Below, piece by piece: positions 38,256 to 48,154 of a DNA stretch of 64,000 nt. The notes under the pieces were generated by a model. That model was not told where the DNA came from, ran no database searches, and saw only the letters and a list, made by a program, of their open reading frames with translations. The position numbers and the translations under genes are program-made. Positions within the stretch are counted from its first letter, which is position 1. Each line of letters starts with the position of its first letter. The stretch comes from Candidatus Woesearchaeota archaeon. Its GTDB lineage: Archaea; Nanobdellota; Nanobdellia; Woesearchaeales; ARS49. The stretch lies in assembly GCA_038884575.1 (NCBI GenBank), contig JAWABQ010000002.1, positions 16,893 through 80,892 on the forward strand, given 5' to 3'.

Positions 38256-38323
38256 ATCAAATGAAAAAAGAAGAAGAATAAAAATGTTTGTATTTCCTGC
38301 CTATACAAAAAATCAAGCAGGCT

Positions 38324-39625
38324 TTACAATTCAGCTGCCGTGACCACGTGCACTGAAGAGTCCTTTACCCTGCTGTCCATTGCTATGACGTGCTTGACTC
38401 CTGCCTTTTCTGCAACGTCTGTGATTTCCTTGTCGGCAGAGCCGTCAAAGACAACAGCATAAACACCTGAGTTAAGGGTCTTGAGCGTGCTTGAAAGCTC
38501 TGTGAAAGGAACCTTGCCAAGCACATTCATCTTGTTGTCAAGCAAATAAGCGCCGCGAGTGCCGATGAGGTTTTCAAGCATGCTTCCAAAGCGCTTCTTT
38601 TCCTCAGGATTCAGAGCCTTGCCCTGCATAACAGGCGTTGCCATGGGTGCCCGCCTTACTTCAGACTCAATAGGCGCAGACCTGACCAAAGGCTGGAGCC
38701 TCTGAGGCTGCATAACCCTGACTGGTGCGGGCTGGATCCTGTTTGTTGTCTCGCGCATCAAAGGCCTGCGGATGCTCTGGGTTGTGTCATTCGCAGCCAA
38801 TTCAAGCTTTGCCTGCTCAATTGTTATTCGGCTCCTCAAAGCCTTGTGGATTTCCTTCTTTGCAAGCTCCTCAACCTCCTTTCCGTCAGGAGCCCTGGCA
38901 ACAAAGTCAATCTCTGCAATGTTCAAAAGCTCCTTCAGGATGAGGTTTCCGCCCCTGTCTCCGTCAAGGAAGACAACAATGTCCTTTTTCCTGCTGAGGT
39001 CCACTATTGTCTGCGGAACCTGTGTGCCGTTCATTGCAATTACGTTCTTGAAGCCGTTCTTCAAGAGGTTCAGGACGTCAGCGCGGCCCTCGACAACAAT
39101 GACCTCGTCGGAGTCCTCAATTCCAGGACCTGCAGGGCACCTGTCCCTTCCATACTCAGTGATTTCCATAACCCTGACCGAGTGCGCGACCTCCTCTGCG
39201 AGCTCCTGCGAGTCAGGCATTACGCTGTCCACCATTGTCCTGAGCAATTCCTTTGCGCGCTCAATGACAAAGTTCCTCTTGCTAATCCTGACATCCTCAA
39301 TGTTTGTGACCTTTAATTTTGCATTGCAGGGTCCTATTCGCTGTATGATTTCCAAAGCCGCAGCAACTATTGCTGTTTCTGCCTTGTCCAAAGAAGAAGG
39401 GATTATGATGCTTCCCTGGGTCCTTCCGCCCCTTGTCTCTGTGTTGACCTCAATTCTGCCAATTCTTCCAGAACGCTGAAGCTCCCTGAGCTCAAGGTCT
39501 GCGCCTAGGAGGCCTTCTGTCTGGCCGAAGATTGCGCCAATGACATCCGGCCTGTCGACAACACCCTCGATTTCAATGCTTGCGTTGACAATATACTTAG
39601 ATGAAACAGGACTGATTTTCCCCAT
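38324..39625 (-). CDS. dnaG: archaeal DnaG-type primase / exosome-associated protein
   Basis: GVVDRPDVIGAIFGQTEGLLG, TOPRIM VVEGRADVLNL and FLDGDRGG; SD GGAGG. Confidence 0.97.
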   Translation of the reverse strand: MGKISPVSSKYIVNASIEIEGVVDRPDVIGAIFGQTEGLLGADLELRELQRSGRIGRIEVNTETRGGRTQGSIIIPSSLDKAETAIVAAALEIIQRIGPCNAKLKVTNIEDVRISKRNFVIERAKELLRTMVDSVMPDSQELAEEVAHSVRVMEITEYGRDRCPAGPGIEDSDEVIVVEGRADVLNLLKNGFKNVIAMNGTQVPQTIVDLSRKKDIVVFLDGDRGGNLILKELLNIAEIDFVARAPDGKEVEELAKKEIHKALRSRITIEQAKLELAANDTTQSIRRPLMRETTNRIQPAPVRVMQPQRLQPLVRSAPIESEVRRAPMATPVMQGKALNPEEKKRFGSMLENLIGTRGAYLLDNKMNVLGKVPFTELSSTLKTLNSGVYAVVFDGSADKEITDVAEKAGVKHVIAMDSRVKDSSVHVVTAAEL

Positions 39626-39660
39626 TTTAACTCCTCCATGTTGTTCCCCAATTGTTATTA

Positions 39661-39931
39661 AGAGGCTAAAAAAGAACCAGTCCGGCCAGAAATGACTAAA
39701 AGCATCCTTTGGGACTTCTTTTGGCTATTTTCCGGCTTATTCCTCCCTCAAACCGAAGGAAACTTGGATGATAATGATGATTGGTTCTTTTCTGTCTCTG
39801 TTTGGTTATCTTGACTTTGTTAAAAGGCCTGTAGCCACGCCGCTAACCCCCTGAGCTCATTGCTTGGTTTTCCGTCAGCTCCACAGGGTTCTCTCGGCAA
39901 CGGGCCGTATTTGCGGCCTTTTAACCTGTCC
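39661..39931 (-). ncRNA. candidate structured RNA / long 5' leader upstream of dnaG
   Basis: Two hand-folded domains with 10-11 bp closing helices and G-U pairs favouring the minus strand; TTTATATA at 39958..39951 places the TSS at the first helix. Confidence 0.65.
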
Positions 39932-40024
39932 AAACTATATGTTGCAGGTCTATATAAAGGTTCGTATTCTATTTATAAATTAAGATGGGATAGGTATAAA
40001 AACAAGGCAGTTTTGAGAGGTTTA

Positions 40025-40756
40025 ATGGCACGCATAAGGCATCCTGAAGACATAAAGAAGACATTCAAGGACGTATTTGACAATTTTACCAATGTGACGA
40101 TTCTCAAGCTTATCTCAAAGGGGCAGCTGGACGGGTTGGAGAGCCCGATTAGCATTGGGAAAGAGGCTAATATATTCTCTGCAATGGCTCAAGGTGAGAG
40201 GGTAATGGTCAAGATTTATAGGATAGCCGCCTGCGACTTCAACAAAATGTATGATTACCTTAGGGCAGACCCGCGGTTTCCAGGGCTGGATAAGAACCGC
40301 AGAAAGGTTGTTGTGCTGTGGGCAAGGCGCGAATACAGAAACCTGCTAAAGGCAAGAGAAGCAGGAGTAAGGGTGCCAACACCGCGCGCAGTATTGAACA
40401 ATGTATTAGTAATGGAGTTTATTGGTGACGAAGGAATTCCAGCACCAAGAGTAAAAGACGCAATTCCGGAAAACCCCAAGGAATTTTTTGAAAAGGTTGT
40501 CAACGGAATGCAGAAACTCCACAAAGCAGGATTAGTTCACACTGATTTAAGCCAGTTCAACATCCTGAATTACAACGAAGAGCCGGTCTTTATTGACATG
40601 AGCCAGGCAACAACACTGGAAAACCCAAACGCACAAGAATACCTCACAAGAGACATAAAAAACATTTGCACTTTTTTCAGGAAACTGGGGCTGGATATCG
40701 ACGACGAAAAAATAAGGCAGCAAATAACAGGAAAAAAGCCAATACGCAACATTTAA
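40025..40756 (+). CDS. rio1: RIO1-family Ser/Thr kinase
   Basis: ISIGKEANIF, VKIYR, W...EYRNL, LVHTDLSQFNIL and FIDMSQA motifs. Confidence 0.95.
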   Translation: MARIRHPEDIKKTFKDVFDNFTNVTILKLISKGQLDGLESPISIGKEANIFSAMAQGERVMVKIYRIAACDFNKMYDYLRADPRFPGLDKNRRKVVVLWARREYRNLLKAREAGVRVPTPRAVLNNVLVMEFIGDEGIPAPRVKDAIPENPKEFFEKVVNGMQKLHKAGLVHTDLSQFNILNYNEEPVFIDMSQATTLENPNAQEYLTRDIKNICTFFRKLGLDIDDEKIRQQITGKKPIRNI

Positions 40757-40790
40757 AAACACGTTGCGTTCCCATCAAAAAAATCACCTA

Positions 40791-41360
40791 ATGATTATGA
40801 CCTCCCAAGAAGTTGATGAATTTGCTTATGAGCTGAAAATACCCAAGGAAAGGGTCGCCGTGCTCATAGGAAAGAAAGGCGAGCTGAAACGACAGCTGGA
40901 ACACGTCACAAAGACAAAAATAAAAGTCGATTCGGACGAGGGCGACGTGAGCATTTCAGGCGCTGATGCCTTATTGCTGTACAGCTGCCGCGAAATAGTC
41001 AGGGCAATAGGCAGGGGATTTAACCCGCAAATCGCAATGCAGCTCCTGAAGCAGGACTATGGAATTGAGTTCATTAACCTGACTGAATATGCATCCACAC
41101 AAAAAGAGCTTGAAAGGCTCCGCGGAAGAGTCATTGGCGAGGGCGGGAAGTCACGAAAAACAATCGAGGACCTGACATTCACGAATATCAGCGTTTACGG
41201 AAAGACAATAGGCATCATCGGAAGGCTCGAAGGCATTCCTGCTGCAAGAAAGGCAGTTGAGGCACTGCTTTCAGGCAGAAAACACGGAACAGTGTACAAG
41301 TTCCTTGAGCGCAACAGGAAACAGATGCGCTTAGCGGAACAGGGTGTTGACAATGGCTGA
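40791..41360 (+). CDS. KH-domain RNA-processing protein Dim2/Pno1
   Basis: [29 protein letters not shown] and G.KHG.VY motifs; adjacent to rio1 as commonly seen in archaea. Confidence 0.94.
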   Translation: MIMTSQEVDEFAYELKIPKERVAVLIGKKGELKRQLEHVTKTKIKVDSDEGDVSISGADALLLYSCREIVRAIGRGFNPQIAMQLLKQDYGIEFINLTEYASTQKELERLRGRVIGEGGKSRKTIEDLTFTNISVYGKTIGIIGRLEGIPAARKAVEALLSGRKHGTVYKFLERNRKQMRLAEQGVDNG

Positions 41361-42987
41361 AAAAATCATTGCAGAAAAGCTGGCTGAGAAGCAGAAGGCG
41401 GTTTCTGTTGCTGAATTCTTTGAGAGAAACAGGCATTTGCTTGGCTTTGACAACAAAAGAAAAGCCCTGCTGACAGTGGTAAAGGAGGCAGTTGACAACT
41501 CCCTTGACGCCTGCGAGGAGGCAAGAATACTGCCAGAGGTTTCTGTGCAAATAATCGAAATGGGCAATGAAAGGTTCAGGATAATTGTTGAGGACAACGG
41601 GCCAGGAATAGTCAAGAAGCAGATTGCAAACGTGTTCGCAAGACTGCTTTACGGCTCAAAATTCCACACAATGAAGCAGGGCAGGGGCCAGCAGGGGATA
41701 GGCATTTCTGCAGCAGTACTTTACGCGCAACTGACAACAGGAAGGCCTGCAAAAATAACAACAAGAATAGACCCAAAACACCCTGCACACCACATGGAAC
41801 TGCATCTTGACACAAAAACAAACGAGCCGCACATAGTCAAGGAACACGAAATTGAGTGGAAAAAAGACCACGGCACAAAAGTCGAGCTTGACATCGAGGC
41901 AAGCTACCAGAAAGGAGACCAAAGCGTTGACAGCTACCTGAAGGAAACAGCAATCGTCAACCCCCACGCAACAATAGTTTACACAAATCCAAAAGCAGAA
42001 CAGGTCATATTCCCAAGGGCTTCTGACAAGCTTCCAAAAGAGCCGCAGGAAATCAAGCCACACCCATATGGTGTTGAGATTGGAATAATGCTCAAAATGA
42101 TTCGTTCAACAGAATCAAGGACACTGCAGTCATTCCTGATGAACGAATTCTCAAGGGTCGGAAGCCAGACAGCAAAGGAAATCTGCGCAAACGCAGGCCT
42201 GACCACTGACATGAAGCCTCGCGAGCTCGAACTCGGGCATGTCGAAAAGCTGATGGAGGGTATAAAGAAGACAAAAATCATTGCGCCGCCAACAGACTGC
42301 ATAGTGCCGATAGGCGAGGAATTATTGGAAAAAGGGCTTCGCAAGGAAGTTGCAGCAGAATTCTACACTGCTGTTACCCGACCTCCTGAAGTTTACCGCG
42401 GAATCCCGTTCGTCATTGAGGTTGCGCTCGCATATGGAGGACAGCAGCCCAAGGAGGAGCCTGCAAGAATCTTGAGGTTTGCAAACAGGGTTCCGCTATT
42501 GTACCAGCAATCGTCCTGCGCAGCATTCAAGAGCATCCTGCAGACAAACTGGAAGCCTTACGGAATGCAGCAAAGCGGAGGGGCAGTGCCAGTAGGTCCA
42601 TTGACAATAATTGTCCATCTGGCATCAGTCTGGCCGCCATTCACGTCAGAAGCAAAAGAAGCCATAGCGCACTATCCGGAAATCGTCAAGGAAATCAAGC
42701 TTGCGCTGCAGGAGGCAGGAAGAAGGCTTGGAGCATACGTAAACAAGAAAAGAAGAGTGGGGCTTGAAAGGGAAAGGGTAAACATATTTGAGCGCTACAT
42801 CCCGGAAGTCGCTGATTCGCTGGCAGCACTGTCAGGCGAGAACAAGAAAGCCCTTGAGTCCCAGCTGAACTCAATGCTTGCAAAGAACAAGGAATTCATA
42901 ATCAGCAATACTGCAGCCATTCCAGAATCAAGAAAAGATGAAGAAGACAAAATCAAGCTCACGGGCTCAGCAGAAAGTGATGAATAA
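41353..42987 (+). CDS. top6B: DNA topoisomerase VI subunit B
   Basis: [40 protein letters not shown] and RFANRVPLL motifs. Confidence 0.98.
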   Translation: MAEKIIAEKLAEKQKAVSVAEFFERNRHLLGFDNKRKALLTVVKEAVDNSLDACEEARILPEVSVQIIEMGNERFRIIVEDNGPGIVKKQIANVFARLLYGSKFHTMKQGRGQQGIGISAAVLYAQLTTGRPAKITTRIDPKHPAHHMELHLDTKTNEPHIVKEHEIEWKKDHGTKVELDIEASYQKGDQSVDSYLKETAIVNPHATIVYTNPKAEQVIFPRASDKLPKEPQEIKPHPYGVEIGIMLKMIRSTESRTLQSFLMNEFSRVGSQTAKEICANAGLTTDMKPRELELGHVEKLMEGIKKTKIIAPPTDCIVPIGEELLEKGLRKEVAAEFYTAVTRPPEVYRGIPFVIEVALAYGGQQPKEEPARILRFANRVPLLYQQSSCAAFKSILQTNWKPYGMQQSGGAVPVGPLTIIVHLASVWPPFTSEAKEAIAHYPEIVKEIKLALQEAGRRLGAYVNKKRRVGLERERVNIFERYIPEVADSLAALSGENKKALESQLNSMLAKNKEFIISNTAAIPESRKDEEDKIKLTGSAESDE

Positions 42988-44063
42988 TGAATGATGCAAA
43001 GAAAAAACTGCAAGAAATAGGAAAGGAACTTGTAGAATCAGTCAAGAAAGGAAAACAGCCAAAGATTGACGTCCCAGTAAGGGCATTAAGCAACATAGTC
43101 TACAACGAGAAGACAAAAACCCTTGAGTTGGGAAACAAGACAGCAGAAAGGATGTTCTTCAATGTCGGACACGTCAAGAAATTCGTCCAGACGCTTGAAG
43201 TCGCAAAGATTTCAAAACAACTGCTTGACCTGGCAAAGCACGCATCACTCAGGGACGTATTCTACATGGCAAAACGCACTTTGCCCGGCACAAACACAAA
43301 CCTTGTTGACGAGCAAAGCGAATCAGACAACGCAATAGAGGACATGGAGCTCATTTCAGGATTCTCAAGGGAGCAACTGAACATCAATGCAAACAAGAAC
43401 GGCTCAGTAGCAGGGCACGTGGTGATTGAGGACAAGGGAGACACGATAGACTGGAGCAAAATGGGCTCAGGGGGATGGTCAATCCCGTCAAATGTTGAAG
43501 ACATCAAGTTCAAGAAAGTAGACGCAAAATACGTCCTCTACATGGAAAAGGCAGCAGTCTGGGAGCGTCTGCACGAGGACAAGTTCTGGGACAAGCACAA
43601 ATGCATCATAATGAGCTCGCAGGGGCAGACAACCCGCGGAATCAGGAGGCTTTTGCAAAGGCTGTCAACAGAACACAGCCTGCCGATTTACGTCCTGTGC
43701 GACTATGACCCGTACGGAGTCTACATTTACTCCGTCCTGAAGTTTGGCTCTATCAATCTGGCACACATGACGCAGACCCTGACGCTGCCAAATGCAAAAT
43801 ATCTCGGCATAACCTCTGATGATATTGACAAGTACAACCTGAAAAAGCACTTCATCAAGCTGAAAGACGTTGACATCTCGCGCCTGAAGCAGATTGCAGA
43901 GTATGACTGGTTCAAGAACAACAAAGTCTGGCAGCGCGAGTTCAAGATGATGAAGGCATTCGGAGCAAAAGCAGAAATCCAGGCATTGAGCGCGCGAGGA
44001 ATCACATTCATTTCTGACCATTATTTGCCTGAAAAAATAAAGAACAAGGACTGGATTGAATGA
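42987..44063 (+). CDS. top6A: DNA topoisomerase VI subunit A
   Basis: SLRDVFY (catalytic Tyr), EK, DYDPYG and KAEIQAL motifs. Confidence 0.98.
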   Translation: MNDAKKKLQEIGKELVESVKKGKQPKIDVPVRALSNIVYNEKTKTLELGNKTAERMFFNVGHVKKFVQTLEVAKISKQLLDLAKHASLRDVFYMAKRTLPGTNTNLVDEQSESDNAIEDMELISGFSREQLNINANKNGSVAGHVVIEDKGDTIDWSKMGSGGWSIPSNVEDIKFKKVDAKYVLYMEKAAVWERLHEDKFWDKHKCIIMSSQGQTTRGIRRLLQRLSTEHSLPIYVLCDYDPYGVYIYSVLKFGSINLAHMTQTLTLPNAKYLGITSDDIDKYNLKKHFIKLKDVDISRLKQIAEYDWFKNNKVWQREFKMMKAFGAKAEIQALSARGITFISDHYLPEKIKNKDWIE

Positions 44064-44075
44064 TTTGCTTCGCTA

Positions 44076-44182
44076 CGGCCCTGGGAGGATTTGAACCCCC
44101 GATCTTCCGCTCACTCCGACTAGGAATAGAAGGTTCAGCGGCATACGCCACGGCTGCTCTATCCAAGCTGAGCTACAGGGCC
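44076..44182 (-). tRNA. tRNA-Arg(UCU) with two introns (44134..44150 at 30/31; 44112..44126 at 37/38)
   Basis: Removing the 17-nt and 15-nt inserts gives a 75-nt cloverleaf with GCCGC-CTTCTAA-GCGGA; both inserts have BHB/BHL geometry. Confidence 0.9.
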
Positions 44183-44280
44183 AATGCTTATTCGCACATT
44201 TTCAGCTCTTTTAAATCTTTCCACTGGTCACTGGACATGGTCACGCAGGGTATGAAAACCAGGTGTCGATAAGATGAGGC

Positions 44281-44982
44281 ATGATTTCAGCAGAGTTGGC
44301 TGAATTGGCAGGAATTTTTGCTGCCGATGGGTGTATGCAAAAAGATTACATTTGTTTATGGGGCAATATCAGAGAGGACCGGCCTTATTATGAAGGAACA
44401 ATTACTTCTTTATTTGAAAAAGAGTTTCATACGACACCTAAATGCCATGAAAAACCAAGCAATTCTGTGTATGGCTTTTATATCTGCAAAAGGAAAATAA
44501 TCCAAGAGTTTCAAAAACTGGGTTTTCATCCAGGAAATAAGACATATACAGTTAAAGTTCCTGAACAGATAATGACAGACAGGCGACCTGAAATCTGGGC
44601 AAGTTTTATTCGTGGATTTTTTGACGGTGATGGCTGTTTGCACTTCAGCAAAAGAAAGGGCACCTATTCTAAATTCAAAAGAGAGCATCACACATATCCA
44701 AGAATACTCATTACTTCTCGATCATTCGGTTTAGCGCGGCAGATTTATGAACTCTTACAGAGATTAGGAATTCATTCAACGCTAACTTATAAAAAACCAG
44801 GAACACTCAGAGAAAATCCTTGCGCAGTAATTACCATTCGAGGCATTCAGATGTTAGAGAATTGGATGAAAATTATAGGGATGAGTAATAATTCAAGTCT
44901 TACAAAATATTTGCTTTGGAAAAAACAGGGATTTTGTCCATCTTATACTTCGATGAAAGAGCGTATAGAACTTATGGCCTGA
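44281..44982 (+). mobile_element. free-standing double-motif LAGLIDADG homing endonuclease
   Basis: LAELAGIFAADG and FIRGFFDGDG motifs; visibly AT-richer codons; between two tRNA genes. Confidence 0.9.
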
Positions 44983-45027
44983 ATTGAGATACTTTTTTAA
45001 AGATGTCACAGCATAACACTGTTGTCT

Positions 45028-45101
45028 GCCGCGGTAGCCAAATCCGGCAAGGCAATCGCCTGCAGAGCGATCATTTGGGGGTTCAAATCCCTCCCGCGGC
45101 T
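45028..45101 (+). tRNA. tRNA-Cys(GCA)
   Basis: GCCGCGG/CCGCGGC acceptor, ATCGC-CTGCAGA-GCGAT anticodon arm, U73. Confidence 0.96.
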
Positions 45102-45121
45102 TATTCACAAATGTGGTTGTT

Positions 45122-45682
45122 ATGAAACGAGCAATAATTGCATTTATTATCATGATGTTCCTGATAGGATGCCAGCCTGCAGCAAAGCCAGAAGCGCAAC
45201 AAGCGCTTGCTGCGGCTCCAGTCCCTGCGACAGCTCCTGCGCCTGTGACTGAATCAGCACCCGCACCACAGCCAGCACCAGCAGAACCAGCTCAATCACC
45301 TTATGAAGTAATGCAGGAAGTTTCTGCAGCTTCAGGGCAGGTGTCGCCAGGACCGACTACTGCATTAGAGCCTGCAGTGCTGAAGGAGGGGTATTTCCAC
45401 AAGGTCGTGCACGAGACAAACGGAAATGTGCAGATAGCACGGGCATTGGGCGGAACATTGTCCCTTAACCTGCGCGGGTTTGACACAGAGCCAGGGCCAG
45501 GGCTTACGGTTGTCCTGCACAACGGCGACCCAGCAAACGGGTATGTTGTTGGAACCCTCATTTCCCACACAGGAAACTACCCATACAGCCTGCCAAATGA
45601 TTTTGACGTGAACAAGTACACCAAAGTCGCAATTTATAACAAGAAATACAACGTGGTATGGGGCGAGGCTGACCTCAAGTGA
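45122..45682 (+). CDS. DM13-domain lipoprotein-like protein
   Basis: Signal peptide ending LIGC, PA-rich linker, G.F...H.T.G.V, GPGL.V.L, G.L...GN..Y.LP and V.IY...VWG.A.L motifs. Confidence 0.85.
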   Translation: MKRAIIAFIIMMFLIGCQPAAKPEAQQALAAAPVPATAPAPVTESAPAPQPAPAEPAQSPYEVMQEVSAASGQVSPGPTTALEPAVLKEGYFHKVVHETNGNVQIARALGGTLSLNLRGFDTEPGPGLTVVLHNGDPANGYVVGTLISHTGNYPYSLPNDFDVNKYTKVAIYNKKYNVVWGEADLK

Positions 45683-46461
45683 AGCGAAAAATCCTGCTGA
45701 AGAAGGAGCAAAAGCAGTTTGTGCCAGAGCTTGACAGGGAAGTAAGGATTGAAAAAGAGGCAATGTTCTACGTTTTTGACCCAGGAAAGGACTTTCACAC
45801 AAAATATGGCGCAATAAGCAAAAAAGAGCTTGCCAAAAAACCAGGAAGCCATGTAAAAACATCAAAAGGAAAGGAATTCACACTGATCGAGGCTGATTTT
45901 GCAGACGACTTAGGGCACATACGCAGGCTTCCCCAGACAATGTCAGCCAAGGACATGGGAATAATTGTTTCCGCAACAGGCGTGAACAAAGAAAGCTTTG
46001 CAATAGACGCAGGGACAGGCTCTGGCGCGCTTGCCTGCTATCTTGCACACATTTGCAAAAAGGTTGTGAGCTATGAAATAATGGACAAGCACATTGAAGT
46101 CGCAAAACAAAACCAAAAATTCCTTGGCTTGAAGAATTTGGTGATTAAGAAAGGAAGCATTTACGAAAAAATCCCTGAAAAAAATGCTGATTTGCTTGTC
46201 CTTGACGTGCCAGAGCCGTGGAAGGCAATAAAAACAGCAGAAAACGCATTAAGAATCGGCGGATACCTTGTTGTTTATGCAATACAGGCAACACAAATGC
46301 TGAATTTCGCAAATGCAATACTCAAAGACAAGAGGTTTTTGCTTGTAAAAACCTGCGAACTAATCGAAAGGACGTGGAAAGCAGAAGGAAACATACTCAG
46401 GCCAAGCACAGCGCCATTCGGCCACACAGGATTCCTTGTTTTTGCGAGGAAAATATGCTGA
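45679..46461 (+). CDS. trmI: tRNA (adenine-N1)-methyltransferase TrmI/GCD14
   Basis: PQ....KD, DAGTGSGAL, LDVPEPW and RP....GHTGFL motifs. Confidence 0.92.
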   Translation: MKRKILLKKEQKQFVPELDREVRIEKEAMFYVFDPGKDFHTKYGAISKKELAKKPGSHVKTSKGKEFTLIEADFADDLGHIRRLPQTMSAKDMGIIVSATGVNKESFAIDAGTGSGALACYLAHICKKVVSYEIMDKHIEVAKQNQKFLGLKNLVIKKGSIYEKIPEKNADLLVLDVPEPWKAIKTAENALRIGGYLVVYAIQATQMLNFANAILKDKRFLLVKTCELIERTWKAEGNILRPSTAPFGHTGFLVFARKIC

Positions 46462-46464
46462 AAA

Positions 46465-48105
46465 TCAGATGCTGAATTCTTCCTTGACCTGCTTTTCAAA
46501 AATCATTCTTGCAGGGAAGCCCTTGCTCGCGACAAAAGTGTTAAAGTCAACCCTTGATATGCCCTTTGACATTGCCTTTCTCTGAAGTTCTGCAATTCTT
46601 TGGCCAAAAACGCTGTAATTCGGCGAGTATCCGGGGTTTTCAAAGAAGCTAAATGTAAGGTCAAAGATGCGCTTCTTTGGCAATCCTGTTTTTTTGTGAG
46701 CCCATTCAACAAAATCCGCATATTTTTGCTTGCCGGAATTGACCCTGCTGTCGCTGATTGCCCGCAAGAACCTTCCAACACGCCATTTTCTCACGACATA
46801 TTCCATTGCATCGTTAAAAGTCTCCAAGTCAGAATACTGGCTAATGAACTTTATCACGTTTTTTTCTGCCTTGCTTGGCATGTATTCGTGCTCCAAATGC
46901 CTGAAAACCTCAAGAAGCTCAATTTCGCGGTGAAAGCTCAAGCCCTCTGTGATTGGCGTGTCCAAGGATGAGCCAAGAATCTCAACCAATCTGAGCTTTC
47001 CAAGATACCCTGTATAGCTGTTCATGAAGTTGACACAGTGGCCGTGCTCTTCGTGAATTGTTAACTGGAAAATTTCAGGAAGGCAGTCATTAGGGCTTCC
47101 TCTTTTGTCTGTTGTCGCGAAATAAATGCAGAAAGGCTTCTTTGTCAGTGTTCCCATTGGGCTCATTGCTCCACTAGGCATGAAAGGAACCATGTATTTA
47201 GGAGTCTCAATTACCCTGACATCATATTTCGGAGTTATTCTGACTAATTTTTCCTCTGCAATGTCCTGAAGCAAGTGCCTGGTCTCAATTATGACCTTGA
47301 TTAGCTTGTTCAAAGGCACATTAAACTTCTTTTTCATTGCAGCATCAATGTCTGGAATGCTGTTTTTGCAGTTCAGCTTTGAAGCAAGCTTTGCGCTGAT
47401 TGCCTTCAGCTTTGGCATATCTTCTTCAAGCCAGCCCATTGCCTTGTTTTCTATGTCTTTTGCTGATTCAGGATAGTCATAGTAGTCTTTCAGGATTTTC
47501 GGATAAACTTTTTCCCTTCTGAACCCCTTGCCGTGCTTCTTTAACAGCGGAAAGACTTCTGTGAAGTCGCCTTTCCTTATTTTTCCGACAAGGCAGGCAT
47601 TGCGCCATTCCCTGACTTTTTCTGCCAGAACATCAAGCTTTTTCTTTGTGCTTTCTTTCTTGACATTGTTTTTTGCTGTTGCAATCACTCCAAGCGCGCC
47701 ATCGCAGGAAAGGACTGTGAGAATTTTGATTTCAGCAGGCCAGTCTTTTTTCAAAAGGTATTTTTTGACATCCAAGCTCTTTGAGCAGCCGTCTGCGAGC
47801 TTCCTGATGTGGCTTTCCTTAAAGCCCTCAATCAGAAAATGGTTGTAAAGATAACTCATTACACCGCCAGGAGGGTCATTGACTTCCTCAAACAGGAAGC
47901 CGCGCCTAATTGATTTGAGATATTTTGTGGCTTTCTTGTCTTTTTTGCACTTTTTCAGCAGTTTATCAATCTCTGCAAGAGCCCTTTTCTCATTTTCCTT
48001 TGTTGGAATCCAGACTTTGCCTGCATATTGCTTTAATCCTGCGCAGAAAGCGCCCAATGGTGAGATTTTTTTCCACAATGAGAATATTTTATTGTCAATC
48101 TTCAT
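46465..48105 (-). CDS. DUF885-like zincin metallopeptidase-like protein
   Basis: IHEEHGH..N, EGLS..RE, R.LR...D..VN and PGY...Y..G motifs. Confidence 0.65.
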   Translation of the reverse strand: MKIDNKIFSLWKKISPLGAFCAGLKQYAGKVWIPTKENEKRALAEIDKLLKKCKKDKKATKYLKSIRRGFLFEEVNDPPGGVMSYLYNHFLIEGFKESHIRKLADGCSKSLDVKKYLLKKDWPAEIKILTVLSCDGALGVIATAKNNVKKESTKKKLDVLAEKVREWRNACLVGKIRKGDFTEVFPLLKKHGKGFRREKVYPKILKDYYDYPESAKDIENKAMGWLEEDMPKLKAISAKLASKLNCKNSIPDIDAAMKKKFNVPLNKLIKVIIETRHLLQDIAEEKLVRITPKYDVRVIETPKYMVPFMPSGAMSPMGTLTKKPFCIYFATTDKRGSPNDCLPEIFQLTIHEEHGHCVNFMNSYTGYLGKLRLVEILGSSLDTPITEGLSFHREIELLEVFRHLEHEYMPSKAEKNVIKFISQYSDLETFNDAMEYVVRKWRVGRFLRAISDSRVNSGKQKYADFVEWAHKKTGLPKKRIFDLTFSFFENPGYSPNYSVFGQRIAELQRKAMSKGISRVDFNTFVASKGFPARMIFEKQVKEEFSI

Positions 48106-48154
48106 TGTACCGGTTTATTCGTGAAAACATATATAAATGTATTGTCAGTAAATC

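Noticed and set aside
39860..40024. 55-aa N-terminal extension of RIO1 in the ORF track
   Set aside because: TTG start runs through promoter boxes and the structured RNA; the likely start is ATG 40025.
44060..44272. 70-aa ORF after top6A
   Set aside because: Antisense to tRNA-Arg.
44281..44982. LAGLIDADG gene as an intein or intron-encoded ORF
   Set aside because: No Cys/Ser...His-Asn splice termini; flanking tRNAs and top6A are complete without it.
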